Notes under the pieces: model-generated | The model's database searches: none | Told to the model about the DNA's origin: nothing | The model's input: only the letters and a program-made list of their open reading frames with translations | Assembly: GCA_010405405.1 (NCBI GenBank) | Contig: MU004235.1 | Span: forward strand, 386,538 to 450,537 | DNA from: Microthyrium microscopicum | Taxonomy: Eukaryota | Direction: 5' to 3' | DNA length: 64,000 nt | Position numbers and translations under genes: made by a program | Shown here: positions 1-11,542 of the stretch, one piece after another | How positions within the stretch are numbered: the first letter of the stretch is position 1 | Layout of the letters: every line of letters begins with the position of its first letter

Positions 1-648
1 CGATGGCTTCTGTTTATTTTGCGGCACGCCGAAAGGATCCTCTGGTGCCGTACTTGTAACAAGATGGCCATTGACAAGACCATTCGGTACGCGTCGAAGC
101 TGCCGCAGTGGCTGTCGCTTTCGAGGAGAGCGGCCGATGGGAGCAACTATTGGCGAGTGGTCGACGGCGCGGACGGTTCTATGTCGCTTTGCGAATCTTA
201 GAACGAGGTCGTATGGAGAGGCGGGCTCCCGGGCTTCTTTTACAGGGCTCAATTGATGAGCGACAGCAGTCTCTGGGAGCTGGCCAAGATTTCTTATTCT
301 CTGGCGAGTGAGCTGGGAGAATATTGGTGCTCGGGCTGCGGGTGCCTCTGGCTCCACCTTGGCCTCTTGCTTGGGTTGGGACTCTTTGCGAGAGACCTTG
401 CGCACACCAGACGAGATTCGTTTGCCGAGTCTATCAATAAGACTCGCTTTCTTTGGCTTGGCATCGACCACCTTTGTGGTCTCAAGATTGCGCTCATTCG
501 CGCGTCTTCGAATCTTTCTTGTTTCTGCCCGAAGATCTTCGAACTTTTGCGCCTTTTTTTGGCTCTGAAGGGAGTTAGAATTGTTTACTTCCAAGGTGTT
601 GCAGAGATGACTTACCCAGACTGGAGCAGAAGGGGGAACATATGTCAT
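1..648 (-). CDS. Hypothetical basic protein, 5' part (runs off window start); exons 648-616 and 564-<1
   Basis: ATG at 648 (MTYVPPSAPVW), intron 615-565 (GTAAGT..CTAAC..CAG), then a stop-free frame SQKKAQKFEDLRAETRKIRRRANERN... to position 1. No recognisable domain. Confidence 0.6.
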   Translation of the reverse strand, partial: MTYVPPSAPVWVSHLCNTLEVNNSNSLQSQKKAQKFEDLRAETRKIRRRANERNLETTKVVDAKPKKASLIDRLGKRISSGVRKVSRKESQPKQEAKVEPEAPAARAPIFSQLTRQRIRNLGQLPETAVAHQLSPVKEAREPASPYDLVLRFAKRHRTVRAVDHSPIVAPIGRSPRKRQPLRQLRRVPNGLVNGHLVTSTAPEDPFGVPQNKQKPS

Positions 649-3600
649 GCCTGGAAATCCAAAGAATCCAAACATATTGAAAGACTTTTGTTAAGGAACT
701 GTAAGAAAGTTTGAGTTAGAACAGTGATAGTAAAAGACTGCTTTCAAGAGTAATCTTAATAATGATCTTGAAAGATCAATGGAGAAGAGTGATGTTATAT
801 AGAAAGAGGAAGATCTCCAACTGGAGTCTTGAACAGGTGGGAAGGAGATGGTTTTGTTTACTTACTTGGTGACAGTGAATGGGTTGCTATGGGTGTCTCG
901 TGGAGGTTGCTCTTAGGCAAGTTGTTTGTGTTTGTGTGTTGGTCGTTCTTGGTGAAGTCAGATGATCTGACCTGAACAACACAAAGACACGGCGATGAGA
1001 AGGGTGTTGAGAGCGTAGATGCAGATGATTCGTGGTGTCAAAGTGCTTTGAGAATGATATGGAACGAAAGCAGGATGCTCTGGGAGTAGAAAGTGTCAGT
1101 GATGGTTGAGTGGACGGGATGATGGTTGGGAAGAGTTGAAGGTTAGGAAGAGTTGGAGGTCAGGACAAGTTGGAGGTCAAGACAAGTTGGAGGAAGTAAG
1201 TGAAGGCGAAGAGGAGAATGGTACTAACCTGAAAAGAACCGTCTGCTTTTTCGCGATTGTGGCGTCGTCAAGCTTCAGTGACTGTCTGCCACTTTGCTAT
1301 GGGACTCGCTGACGCAAGACGACTCGGCGTTTCAAGACAAGATGGTGGGCGCGAAGCTGAGGATACTGACCGTTGGTTTTGTTGAGAGGAATGTGATAAG
1401 GGGCTTGTGATAAGGAGTTTGATATGATAGGAGAGACTTGTAAAATTGGAGTTTTGAAATCTGAAGGGTGGTAAGAGAGGGAAATGGTGAGAGGAAGAAG
1501 AGGAGACTGAGGAGCAGCAAAGATTGTCATCAACAGATATGGACGGCACCGAGTGCAAGATACAGTGACTTCATGTTGTCGCGACAACAGGCAGATGTTG
1601 CAGAGGTGGACTTCTCGCAGACTTGTGCAGTGACTTGACCGCGCCATGGCAACAACAGAGGAAGTCGTTCTACCATACTATTGATCAACCGGAGAGAGTT
1701 GCAACCTTCTTTCTTGACACGCAGTGAACATCAGTGCGGTTAATTTCGAGGGTACATATATAAAAGCGCCGAGATAGGTTGCAGTTGCAGATTTCAAAGC
1801 ATCGTACATCGAGGAATGTAGACTCTAGAGCCAGCCTGTGCCAAAGAACATCGTAAGAGCTATCGCCCATTTCATGCCGTACATTCACCCCGACACTGTC
1901 TTTGACAGACGTGGGCTCGGCTTTGTGGACGCAGACTTTGGCTGTTTAATCAGCGCAATCGCAAGAGAGGCTGTAGTGAGGATGGGAGTCTTCCAAGTCG
2001 TTGTTGCTGTACTTTGTGGTCTCAAAGCTAGGCCCCTTATCAGCTCGTTCCTCTGCTCTCTAACTCTCTTGCCGCCGGTTTGCCTCAAAGTCCTTTCGAA
2101 CTGGACTGCGAAAGGCTGGATGCTACGCTGCTGGCTCTAATGGCGGCCTTTGCCCTGGTAAGATCCATGTTTGTGCACAATCAACAAGCAGGTCAATATA
2201 CAATTTGGTGGCTCACTATGGTTATGTTAGCAACTCCGATTACGGGACATCATGGTGGTTAAGACCTTGTGCTTACCGCGTTGGTGGAGTTAAGGCTGAT
2301 ACTCAATGGGAATTTCTTTATACGTAGTAGTTATATCAGAAGACGTCGCTTAGGATCTCTGAGCCTGCTGGTCAGCAATTGTATTTCCAGTCGGCAAGTT
2401 CTGGCTGATTTTCATGGATGTTTAGCCCCTTTTTGTCCCATCAGCTCACCGTGACTGTAAGAAACAACAGCCTAGCACGATCTTGTAGGGGCCTTATTCA
2501 GCTGGACAGTAAACATGAAGTCATGGACTACTTGTCCAACTAGGCCATCGAACTTCATCCGGCGCTTGCGTGGCTATTACTGGACCCGATTCACTGGTGT
2601 TGAGCACTGCTATGAGGCATAATTTTTGTAGCGGTAAAGGATGATAGCACCTCTAAAGCGACCAGTTCGCTTTGGTAGAACATCTGTGCCTCGGCGTATC
2701 TAGAGATAAGTGTATATGCTCTTCTTCGAGAGAGAAAAGGTGTGATAGTCGTGATAATGATGTGGTAAATGATATTGTTGTCCTATGGATATCAGAATCT
2801 AATGGATTGCATGCTGTCAACCTTTCAGCCAAAAGCGAATAAAAAATCTATTCCAGTTACTAGACTTCGAGATTAATTCCTGGCGGAGATAATGAATTCC
2901 TGCGATACAGCATCAGAAAATACTACTGTAAGAAGCTTTGTGAACAAGTTTAGCAATATAAAAGTTCTACTGTAAGGATTATCTGCGTTGTTCCTTCAAA
3001 GATTGATCAATCTAAAGTCAGCACTAACGGTATACATCAATGTTAGCAGGTATCTTACCAAAGTGTGTTGAAACCTAGCAATGACTACCGTTATATAGGG
3101 AGGTTTGATTGAAATCCAAACCCAGATAATAACTTGGGACGGCCTGAATAGAGACCCAATGTTCGATAAGGCTAAAAAGTAAATCAGGTTACTCGCGTAC
3201 CTGCATGTCGCCCGACAAGAATGATAGACGATAATAGCATCGGAGACCTAGGGTCGATCTCATGGGGCGGTATATTGTTCGCCCAATGCCCAACTTCACT
3301 TCATTTAAAACACGCTGCTTCCGCGCAAGAACCAGAGGAAAGATTGCTGCTCATGAGCTACCAATTGGTTCATATGGAGCTTTGGGCATGTGCAAATCGA
3401 CGGGTGGGCCCATTGCAGTGGATTCCTGTTGGGCTCCCCTGCTCTCTTGCTTGTATGATTGGCATGGTGGGCAGAGTTGAGGAGGGGATAAGTTGATTGA
3501 TGGTCGAGTATGACGACGGGTTTTAGAACACGCGAGCCCGGGAGGCACGATACCGAGCCGGCGGAACCTTTGGAAAGGTGGAGAGGGCAATTGAATTAAT

Positions 3601-4200
3601 TCAATGTAAGATGGCATGATGGAATTGGGTCTGTTGGGGCAATCGGTGCAGGTAGGCTTGTCTGGATACATGATACATGAGCTTATCTACCTATCCATGA
3701 CCAATGATAAGCGGTGCCACAGTGATGGGATGCAGAGTTTTTCTGCTTCGGACAACGTCGAGGTTAACAGCGAATACATAATCAGATGAATTGGTATAGA
3801 AAGTGATGGAGATGGGAGGATTGAGAAGGATCTTATGGATTCAAAAGATGGTGTGGTGGTGATGAACAAGCCCAATTAGACACGGCTCTAAGAATCTTGA
3901 ATTGCGGAGTCCGCAAGGAATACGAATGGTCTTGGAACCAAGCAGCTGGAGTTTATATAGCAAGCATTTGCAAGCATTAATAGCTCTTTTACAGGCATAA
4001 AGAAAGAATAGCAAGCATACCTTTGTAATGATTGCATATCTTGCCTGTAATTGCCTGTTGCTTTGGGTTGTTGGCTATCTGCGCCGCCCTCTTCATCTCT
4101 AAATTATTCCCAGCTCCTCTTCCATCCTTCTTTCCTGAAATACATAGAAAAAGGAGTTTTGGTTCTTTATATCCCAATCGAGTGGCTTCAATATCGCAAG

Positions 4201-5970
4201 ATGGGCAATTCGCCCAGTACTCAGGCAAAGGCAGGCGGGCAGCCTAGCCCAAGGCCTTCAACGGGTAGTGCGAACCCGCCACCTTCAGCTCACCACATCC
4301 ACCACACTCATTCAGCATCACAACCTACAACCTCTACATCTCTAAGCTCTGTCGTTTCCTCATCTGCTGCTCAGCCATCTGAGAGCTTCGAAATCGCTGA
4401 AGGTCAATCTGTCTCTAATTATCGCGAACGCTCAGCAAGCGCCATCCTTAGGAGCCAAACTGCTGGTCACGGTCACAACCCCACTAGCGCTCCGACCCTC
4501 AGACATATAGATTCTGGTACGAACTCTTCGCGGCTCTCCTCGACGTCTACCTTGGCCATGGGTAATGCCGAGTCCAAGAGCAAGAAAGGCCACGATGCCA
4601 ACCGATTCAGTCCTCCTGCCGCAAAACCCATAGCCGCACCTGCTGTCTCCAATATACATTCCAAACCGAGCGATCCAATATTAGATAACGACTCCTACTT
4701 TGCCACGGCATCAGATCTGAGTCGCCCGCCACGATTGCCTCTGCCTATTCAGGATGAAGTCAGATCGCCAGGCTCTCCAATAATATCACCAACTGACGTG
4801 GCGGACGATCCAATCGATGCAAGTACACAAGAAGCGGCTTTATTGAGTACAACTTCAGTATTGAGTAACACAACGCTTGATGAAGAAGATGTTGGAGATA
4901 ATGTGGATACTGTTCGAGGGGGTGTTCTACCCTCTGTGCCTACCGTGGTAGAATGGAGAGAAGGAGGTAATAAAGTATACGTGACTGGTACTTTTGCCGA
5001 CTGGGATCGGAAATATCGCCTATCAAGAGAGTAAGTCCACCATTACATTGGTTGGTGATACAGCTCTTGGATCAGGGTCAAGCTCGCGGGCTCAATCAGA
5101 CATAATTGACTCGTTGGGTTTGATCTGTTCCTTTGTCAGGAAAACAATGGGCCTTCATACCCATCTCACTTGGACTTAGCACGTCTGAGGATCAAATACT
5201 AACAACATGTAGGGGCCCTGCAGGACCAGGAGTGCTATCAACAACCATCCATTTGCAACCTGGGACTTACCATCTGAGATTCATTGTGGAGGGCGAAATG
5301 CTGCTTTCGAAACATTTGCCAACGGCCGTGGACTTTACAAATTCTCTTGTCAACTACATCGAAGTTGTATCACAAGATACTACACCTACTGCAGCTCTAG
5401 AAAACCTGCAATTACAAAACGATGCTAGTCAGCCAATAAATATTGGTGTTCCAGTCGAAGAAGCAGACCCAGTCCATCCTCCTCAAACTCTTCCCCCAAC
5501 ACCAGAACTCGGACCTACGACTGGGCCTTCGTCGGTTCCTCCTGAGCCAGGTTCTAGTGCAGATCAACAAGGCATCCTATCAGGACTTCAATTCCCATCG
5601 ACACGATACAGCAAGAAAATCCCTCAATTCTTCATTGACACCGATGCAGACGAATCCAGTGAGGAATATTCAAGGGTAATAGAGCTGAGTAATGTTCTAC
5701 CTACACCACCATCATTGCCATCATTCTTATCAAAGAGTATCCTTAACATGGCAACTCCGATGAAGGACGATGCCAGTGTGCTTGTCAACCCAAATCATAC
5801 AGTGCTCAATCATTTGGCTACCAGCTCGATTAAAGGTGGAGTAATTGCCACCAGCATGACCACTCGATATGGCCGAAAGGTAAGTGAAACGAATCGTTTG
5901 ACGTTACATAGCTAATCAAGAACAGTTTGAGACCACGATAATGTACAAACCAACGCACCCAGGAGCGTAG
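4201..5970 (+). CDS. GAL83: SNF1/AMPK complex beta subunit (Gal83/Sip2-like); exons 4201-5030, 5213-5879, 5926-5970
   Basis: MGNSPS start; CBM48 motif VEWREGGNKVYVTGTFADW...LQPGTYHLRFIVEGEM; AMPKBI tail PPSLPSFL..LVNPNHTVLNHLATSSIKGGVIATSMTTRYGRK|FETTIMYKP. Canonical introns keep the frame. Confidence 0.93.
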
Positions 5971-6696
5971 TCGTAGTAATTGCGCACCATTTTTCTCCAA
6001 CGGCATATTTGCCAACGCTGCATCAAACACGACTCCCAACGCCACCATCCATACCAAATTTCGGTTATTGACGAATGATTACGAGAAAAACCATAAGCTT
6101 GATGTTTATGTTCTCGTGATACCCTTCTCCTTGGGACCAGCTTTCGGACTTTTGAGTGGTCCTTGACAAGAAGATACTGGATGATGGCATGAGGCCTCGA
6201 GAGCCCACAAAAAATGATTTGGATACCGTAGGGTTCTAGTCACTAAATAGTAAATCTTGCCAAACTCTGGGATTGAATATATTGATGTAGAAAAATCAAT
6301 TCCATAACTCAATTGAGTTGATGGACTGTGACTTGCACATGTCAATTCTATATATAGCGCGCTTAGTGTGGAGTTTAGCGCGAAAGCTCGCGTCGCGCTT
6401 ATCGCCTTCTTTCCAACAACCTACTGGACCAAGTAGAACGACATCAAAATGTCGGAAGCATTTTTTCTTTCGGAACTCGAGACCAGCGAGACGATACAGT
6501 GGTTCTCCCATCAAACACGATGCTTGTCATCACACTGTTTGAAGCAAAACCGTTGACAGTTTGTAGTCGAAGTAGCGTGGGTTTGAAAATGGATCTCAAA
6601 CGACAGGACGAACGCGCCTGATTGTACACTTTATGCCTATATCTCTGCCATGTGTGAAGATGAACTGCCTATTTTCTACTCGCCACTACACCCTCA

Positions 6697-8967
6697 ATGG
6701 CTGACTTCAGGATCGCAAAACGGAAATGCCGGCCGGGCATTACGGTCGAAGAGGCGCTGGACGATGATCGCAACATGATTCCGGCGCTCTCAGTCCTTCA
6801 GCATACCACTCAATTCGAGAACGAACTATGGGACCGCCGGTCACAAATTGAGGAAGTCGTGTCTCGCCATCTCGGAATACCTACTTCCGGATTTGAGCTG
6901 ACCTCACCCGATGAGTGGCTCACCGGAAGCTTCAACTTATGTATTTTCATACACTCAATCAAGGGCCCGAACCTTCCCGGACGAGCCATACTTCGAATCC
7001 CGCTGCCCTTTAATGCGGGTGAGACCTTCAGTCTTGGTAGTTGCGAAGAAAAACTCCGTTGCGAGGCAGCAACATATATCTGGCTGTCTCGTCACTGCCC
7101 TGCTATTCCAATTCCTCGCCTTCTTGGCATAGGATTCCCGGGTACTCATTCCTTCTCGGCTATCACAAATGAAACCTTGTGGAACCGACTAGTATGGCAG
7201 CTACGACACGGCTGGGCGTGGTAAGTTCCTTTCCCACACTGACAAAGCTCTTCTAAAACATCTGATGACGCCCAGCGCACCAGGTAGCTCCCATAGCATT
7301 CGATGGCTTGCCGAGTGTGTTATGGGTTTTACAAAGACAGTTCAAATGATGCTTTCGGCGTGTGGGATCCTGAACTAACCGATTGCAGGCTATGGGGAAG
7401 AGCGGTAAGATTCCATGCCAACTCACTATTCTAGATCATATCTGATCAAACTCAACCCATCATATCTCCCATCGCAGTGCGATGCCTTCCATAGTATGCG
7501 TTGCTGCACAAGTGCTACGGGGTCCATCGAGTGCGGTGGGTGTATTACGACTTTTACCACGAAAGAACCTCATGACCGTTTCCAAAGTTTACTGGCTCTG
7601 TTTGTTTTCTGATTCCAAGCCATTGCAGGATACTCTTGCTCCATTCTCCATTCACCATAGACACAGCCTACACGATGTCGGCTATCTACTCATCGAATAC
7701 GTGGAGGAAGGGAAAATGCTGTCATGCAGCTGGAAACAGCATTGCCAAGACCCAATTCGACGAGCGAACCTCTATCACGTAAGATTTTCGCCTGTGAAAC
7801 AATTCTCGATCGTAAGGTTACACTAACAAGTCCAGGGGCTTGCCAAAATCATGCTCAGTCTCGGAAAAGTACCGCTTCCTCGAATAGGCTCATGGATCTT
7901 AGGACATGATGCTACCATTAGACTCACGAATCGACCTTTCTTCGATCTCACCGCCCTGTGGAATCAACACAAGATCCCAGCTATAGTGCCAAGAGAAAGA
8001 ACTTACACGTCAGCTAAGGCCTTCGTTCATGATGTGCTACGCTACCAAGACAATCGAATGCGCCATCAGCCCAACTCCATTCTGTCCGAGAAAGACGGCA
8101 TCTACCAACTCGCAGCGTTAGTGGGCCTGCGTGATCTACTTTCACTGTTTTATGGCAGCTCAAGTGGGACATTTGTTCTCAACTTAGTGGACATGCACCA
8201 AAGTAACATATTCGTCGACGAAAACTGGAATATTACCCGCCTGATCGACTTCGAGTTTGCGCCAGTCTGTCCCATTGAAATGGTCGGTATTCCGGTGAGA
8301 TTTCCCCGTGTCAAATCACATTCCCTGACCGCAACCGATGAAAGCAAAAGCATTGGATTTCCCATCGCGCTCGATGGTTACCATAAGATGCGTCTCTTAT
8401 CGAGTGCTATGATGCCATATGATGCGATGGGAGATGATGCTTGATGGTTTGATCCTGAACAGATCAAGTGGCCTTTTCAGAGCGTGTTAACTTTGATCTC
8501 AATCTTACACTTATCAATTCCAGCCTTGGCTCAGCTCTATGGGCGTTGATCAACTAGAAGGATCCAATCGAGACGAGTACAAAGTACTGTATGACGAGTT
8601 CGCCGACATCGTTGAGCAGGAAGAAGAAGCCGGTCAGATGAGCAACTCGTACAGTCAAGGTTTACGTGAGAGCTGGGCTAGTGGACAGTTCTTTTTCAAC
8701 CTGGCTTTGCGTAGCATCAACGCGTTTCCAGCCATATTTGAAGAGCATCTTCAATCGAGGTACTTTGAGAAGTTCGATTTTGATATGGATGGCCTGCAAT
8801 GGGCGGAGCGTTGGGATGAAGGCGAAGATCTAATGGATTTCATAGCCAGGAAGAACAAGGATCGCGAGAGATATGAAGTCCAAATTCGCGAAATTTTCAG
8901 TGCGGCTAAGGCGGCGGAAGGGATGAAAAGCACTGACGATGAGCTATCAAGTATCGGAGGCATCTGA
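6697..8967 (+). CDS. Fungal aminoglycoside-phosphotransferase/protein-kinase-like protein; exons 6697-7220, 7389-7404, 7629-7778, 7836-8294, 8524-8967
   Basis: Motifs WLTGSFNLCI, EEKLRCEAATYIWL, GYLLIEYVEEGKMLS, FVLNLVDMHQSNIFVDENWNITRLIDFEFA, PPWLSSMGVDQL. Four GT-AG introns, with a 16-nt micro-exon, join the ORF pieces in frame. Confidence 0.82.
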
Positions 8968-9447
8968 ATCTGCAATGCTCTATCTAATACCTAAACTAAC
9001 TTGCTCAAGCTGACTTGCTCATCTCTCTTGTACCCTTTCATCGTTTTTTCCGCCACCTGTTTTGGGCGGCGGTCGCCGAGCTGAATTTGTTAGTGTGAAT
9101 CGGTATGACTAGAGGATTGTAGATACCTTGTGAGAATAGCAATTGCTTCATCAGTCAAGCCCGGGTTTCTGGTCTTGGCAGAGTTGCCAGCTTTGCCACG
9201 CTTGTCTGGCTCGTTTTGTGGCGATATTGGTGGTATTTCCTTTCTATACATCCCCGTTGGTCGATGTTTTGGTGACAGGGTAAGCAGCTATAATTTTCTG
9301 ACGCTCTTTGTATCTAAGAATGATATTAGAGGAGTCAGGACTGAGAAGGATCCGCGAGGCTCCACGCACTGTAACGACTAGTAGGAGGACATCGAAACAA
9401 ACGTTAACCATATGGAATTATTAGGTATATTTCTATTGCTCATGCCA

Positions 9448-10958
9448 TCAGACTCTTTTCAGTAGTTTCGGGTTGAGTCTCAACCTCGCAATAAGCACAA
9501 AAGCCGTCGACAAGAGCGCCACGCCACCAGCATAAAAGATGGCCGGGCGATAGGAGCTAATACTGCCCTCAGTGACGCCGCCAGCCGCCTGGAGCAGATA
9601 GCTGGCTATAGGCGCCCCCAAGAAGTACCCAAAGCTCCATCCAGTAATCGTCATCCCCATGGCCACTCCAGTCCTAGCCGGTCCGTAGATTTGCGTGACA
9701 ACAGTAGGTAATGTAACGAAAAAGGCACCGTTCGCTATGCCATTGATGACGGCAAATATCGATAGCGTCGGGAGCATATTGCTGAATGGCCATATGGCGA
9801 ACATACTGAGCGCATTCAAAAATGATGCGAGCAGAAAGGTGTTGACTGCACCAATTCGGTCACATAGGATCCCGCTTCCTAGTCGGCCGAAGGCTGCACA
9901 TAGGTTGAAGCCTGCCGCGAGATATGCCCCAGTTGTTGAAGAGAGTCGAAGTGATTGTGCAAACAATGGTAGGAAGTATGGTGGCACATATAGCGCGAAA
10001 ACACCTATTGATGCCGCCAGACTGGTTGTTCAATTAGAAATAATATCAAAGATCAACACAAGACTTGGCACTCCAGGTACACCCTTGGAATGCTACATTG
10101 CAGAATTCCATCATTGTAATATTCCAGTGGAGCACCATCTTGCTAGAATACGTTGAATGATTTTGCTCAGGAAGATACTTACAAGATGAAGATAAACTCC
10201 CAGTTTCGAAAGAGGGAAAAGTCGAAGAAGGAAGCGTTTCCTCGTGGAGGGTTGAGTTCTTTTACTAAGAAAGCCACCGGGATGCCTGTTACGAGGCATG
10301 ATATTCCAAGGATGCGAAAGGTCCACGCTGTTCCAACGTTGATAATGGACTTGTTCAGAGCAATGCTCAAGACAAATCCACCGATACCACCGGCGAATTT
10401 GATCAGTCCGTTTGCAAGGCCAAGTTTACTGCTGAAGAACTGTGAAGGAAGTATGCTCGCTACCATGAAACACAAGCTACTTCCAGTGCCGTAAAGAAGA
10501 CCTGCCGTTCCAAAGAGACCGGCGATGTTATTGGTTGTATACCCAGCTGTTAACTGGCCAACACCAAGCATAGTGATGCCGAGTAGTGCTGCGTTTCGAG
10601 CACCGGCAAAGCGCATGAAACGTACTGCGAGCAAGCTGAAGATGACAGTGCATGCCATAGCTAGGGAGCCAACGAAAGAAAGTGTTGATGTTGAAGTCAG
10701 GCCTTCATTGAGAAGAGCGGCCTGCATCACACCCCATGAGTTGTTAATGCCGTTGAACCAGAAGGTGAATATGGAGCTAGCGATGAGCGTGTTCCAAGCT
10801 GAAAGCCCACCATCGGGTATGGAACTGACGGCTTCAGCTGGAGGAGAAGCTTCGTTGTCTCTTGCTCTCTGGGTACTGATGCCATCCCATTCTTGTTCGG
10901 AGGAGTTGGTTTGTGGTGTGCGTGTGAGACGTTGAAGCTCGAGTGTAGTTGTGGACAT
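9448..10958 (-). CDS. MFS transporter, monocarboxylate-porter (MCT/Mch-like) family; one intron 10182-10022
   Basis: PDGGLSAWNTL, GINNSWGVMQ, PSQFFSSKLGLANGL, GRLGSGILCDRIG; many hydrophobic segments; the intron restores the frame (FIF-LAASIGVFALYVPPYF). Confidence 0.88.
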
Positions 10959-11150
10959 CTTGTAGCTCGCTCGATACAGTATTCCAGTTGCAGGCCAAAT
11001 GTTAAGAGTACTATGCAAAGTTAAAGTCGTGTGCTGATTTATGAGGGGCCAGTGGCCTATACTTATAGGCAGAGCTCTGGAGTTGCTTGAGGTCAGGAGT
11101 CATCAGCTCCACTACTCTGCGAAGCTGTATCTCACGAGAACTCGCGCTTG

Positions 11151-11231
11151 CAGGGGAAAATTTTCCCCAGTTTGAGAATTTTCCCCAGTTCTTTACCTAA
11201 TTGCAGTGGTACCAGGGGAGAATTTTCCCAG
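11151..11231. promoter_or_regulatory. Three copies of AATTTTCCC(C)AG, including the palindrome GGGGAAAATTTTCCCC, upstream of the MFS gene
   Basis: Copies at about 11158, 11176 and 11219, 200-270 bp upstream of the ATG. They contain CTGGGG (SYGGRG, CreA-type) on the minus strand and AGGGG (STRE-type). Confidence 0.35.
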
Positions 11232-11542
11232 CTTCGTGAGAACCATATCAAGATAAAACAAGTATTTTGTCGATGTGGTGATGATGTTATTGTTTTCTAC
11301 ACTTGTCTCATGGAATCAATCGGCGATCACTGCTCAAGGGTGCTTGCTAGCACAATACTGCAATTGTGTAATGCATATGCAAAAGTAACATGGTAGATTG
11401 AAATGCCATACGATATACGGTGATCTCCGATCGAAAATAAGACCTCGCGCAGATATAAAAAATGTGCGGGTCGTTTCTGATTTCCAGAGACTTGGAGAAC
11501 TAAACTTCGGTTGTGGAGAGGAACAATTATCATACCAATTAC

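Noticed and set aside
1151..1193. 17-bp tandem repeat AGTTGGAGGTCARGACA x2.5
   Set aside because: Short slippage duplication in intergenic/UTR DNA; no spacers, so not CRISPR-like.
3351..3875. Two minus-strand ORFs in the same frame separated by a single TAG, with a TATATAAA upstream
   Set aside because: No recognisable domain or splice constraint, so a second recoding case cannot be supported; such arrangements arise by chance.
7404..7628. [D1,2] stwintron reading of kinase intron 2 (G|GTAAGA..GCAG|TGCGA)
   Set aside because: Two-step removal shifts the frame away from the conserved GYLLIEY motif, and the internal CAG lies within the family hairpin.
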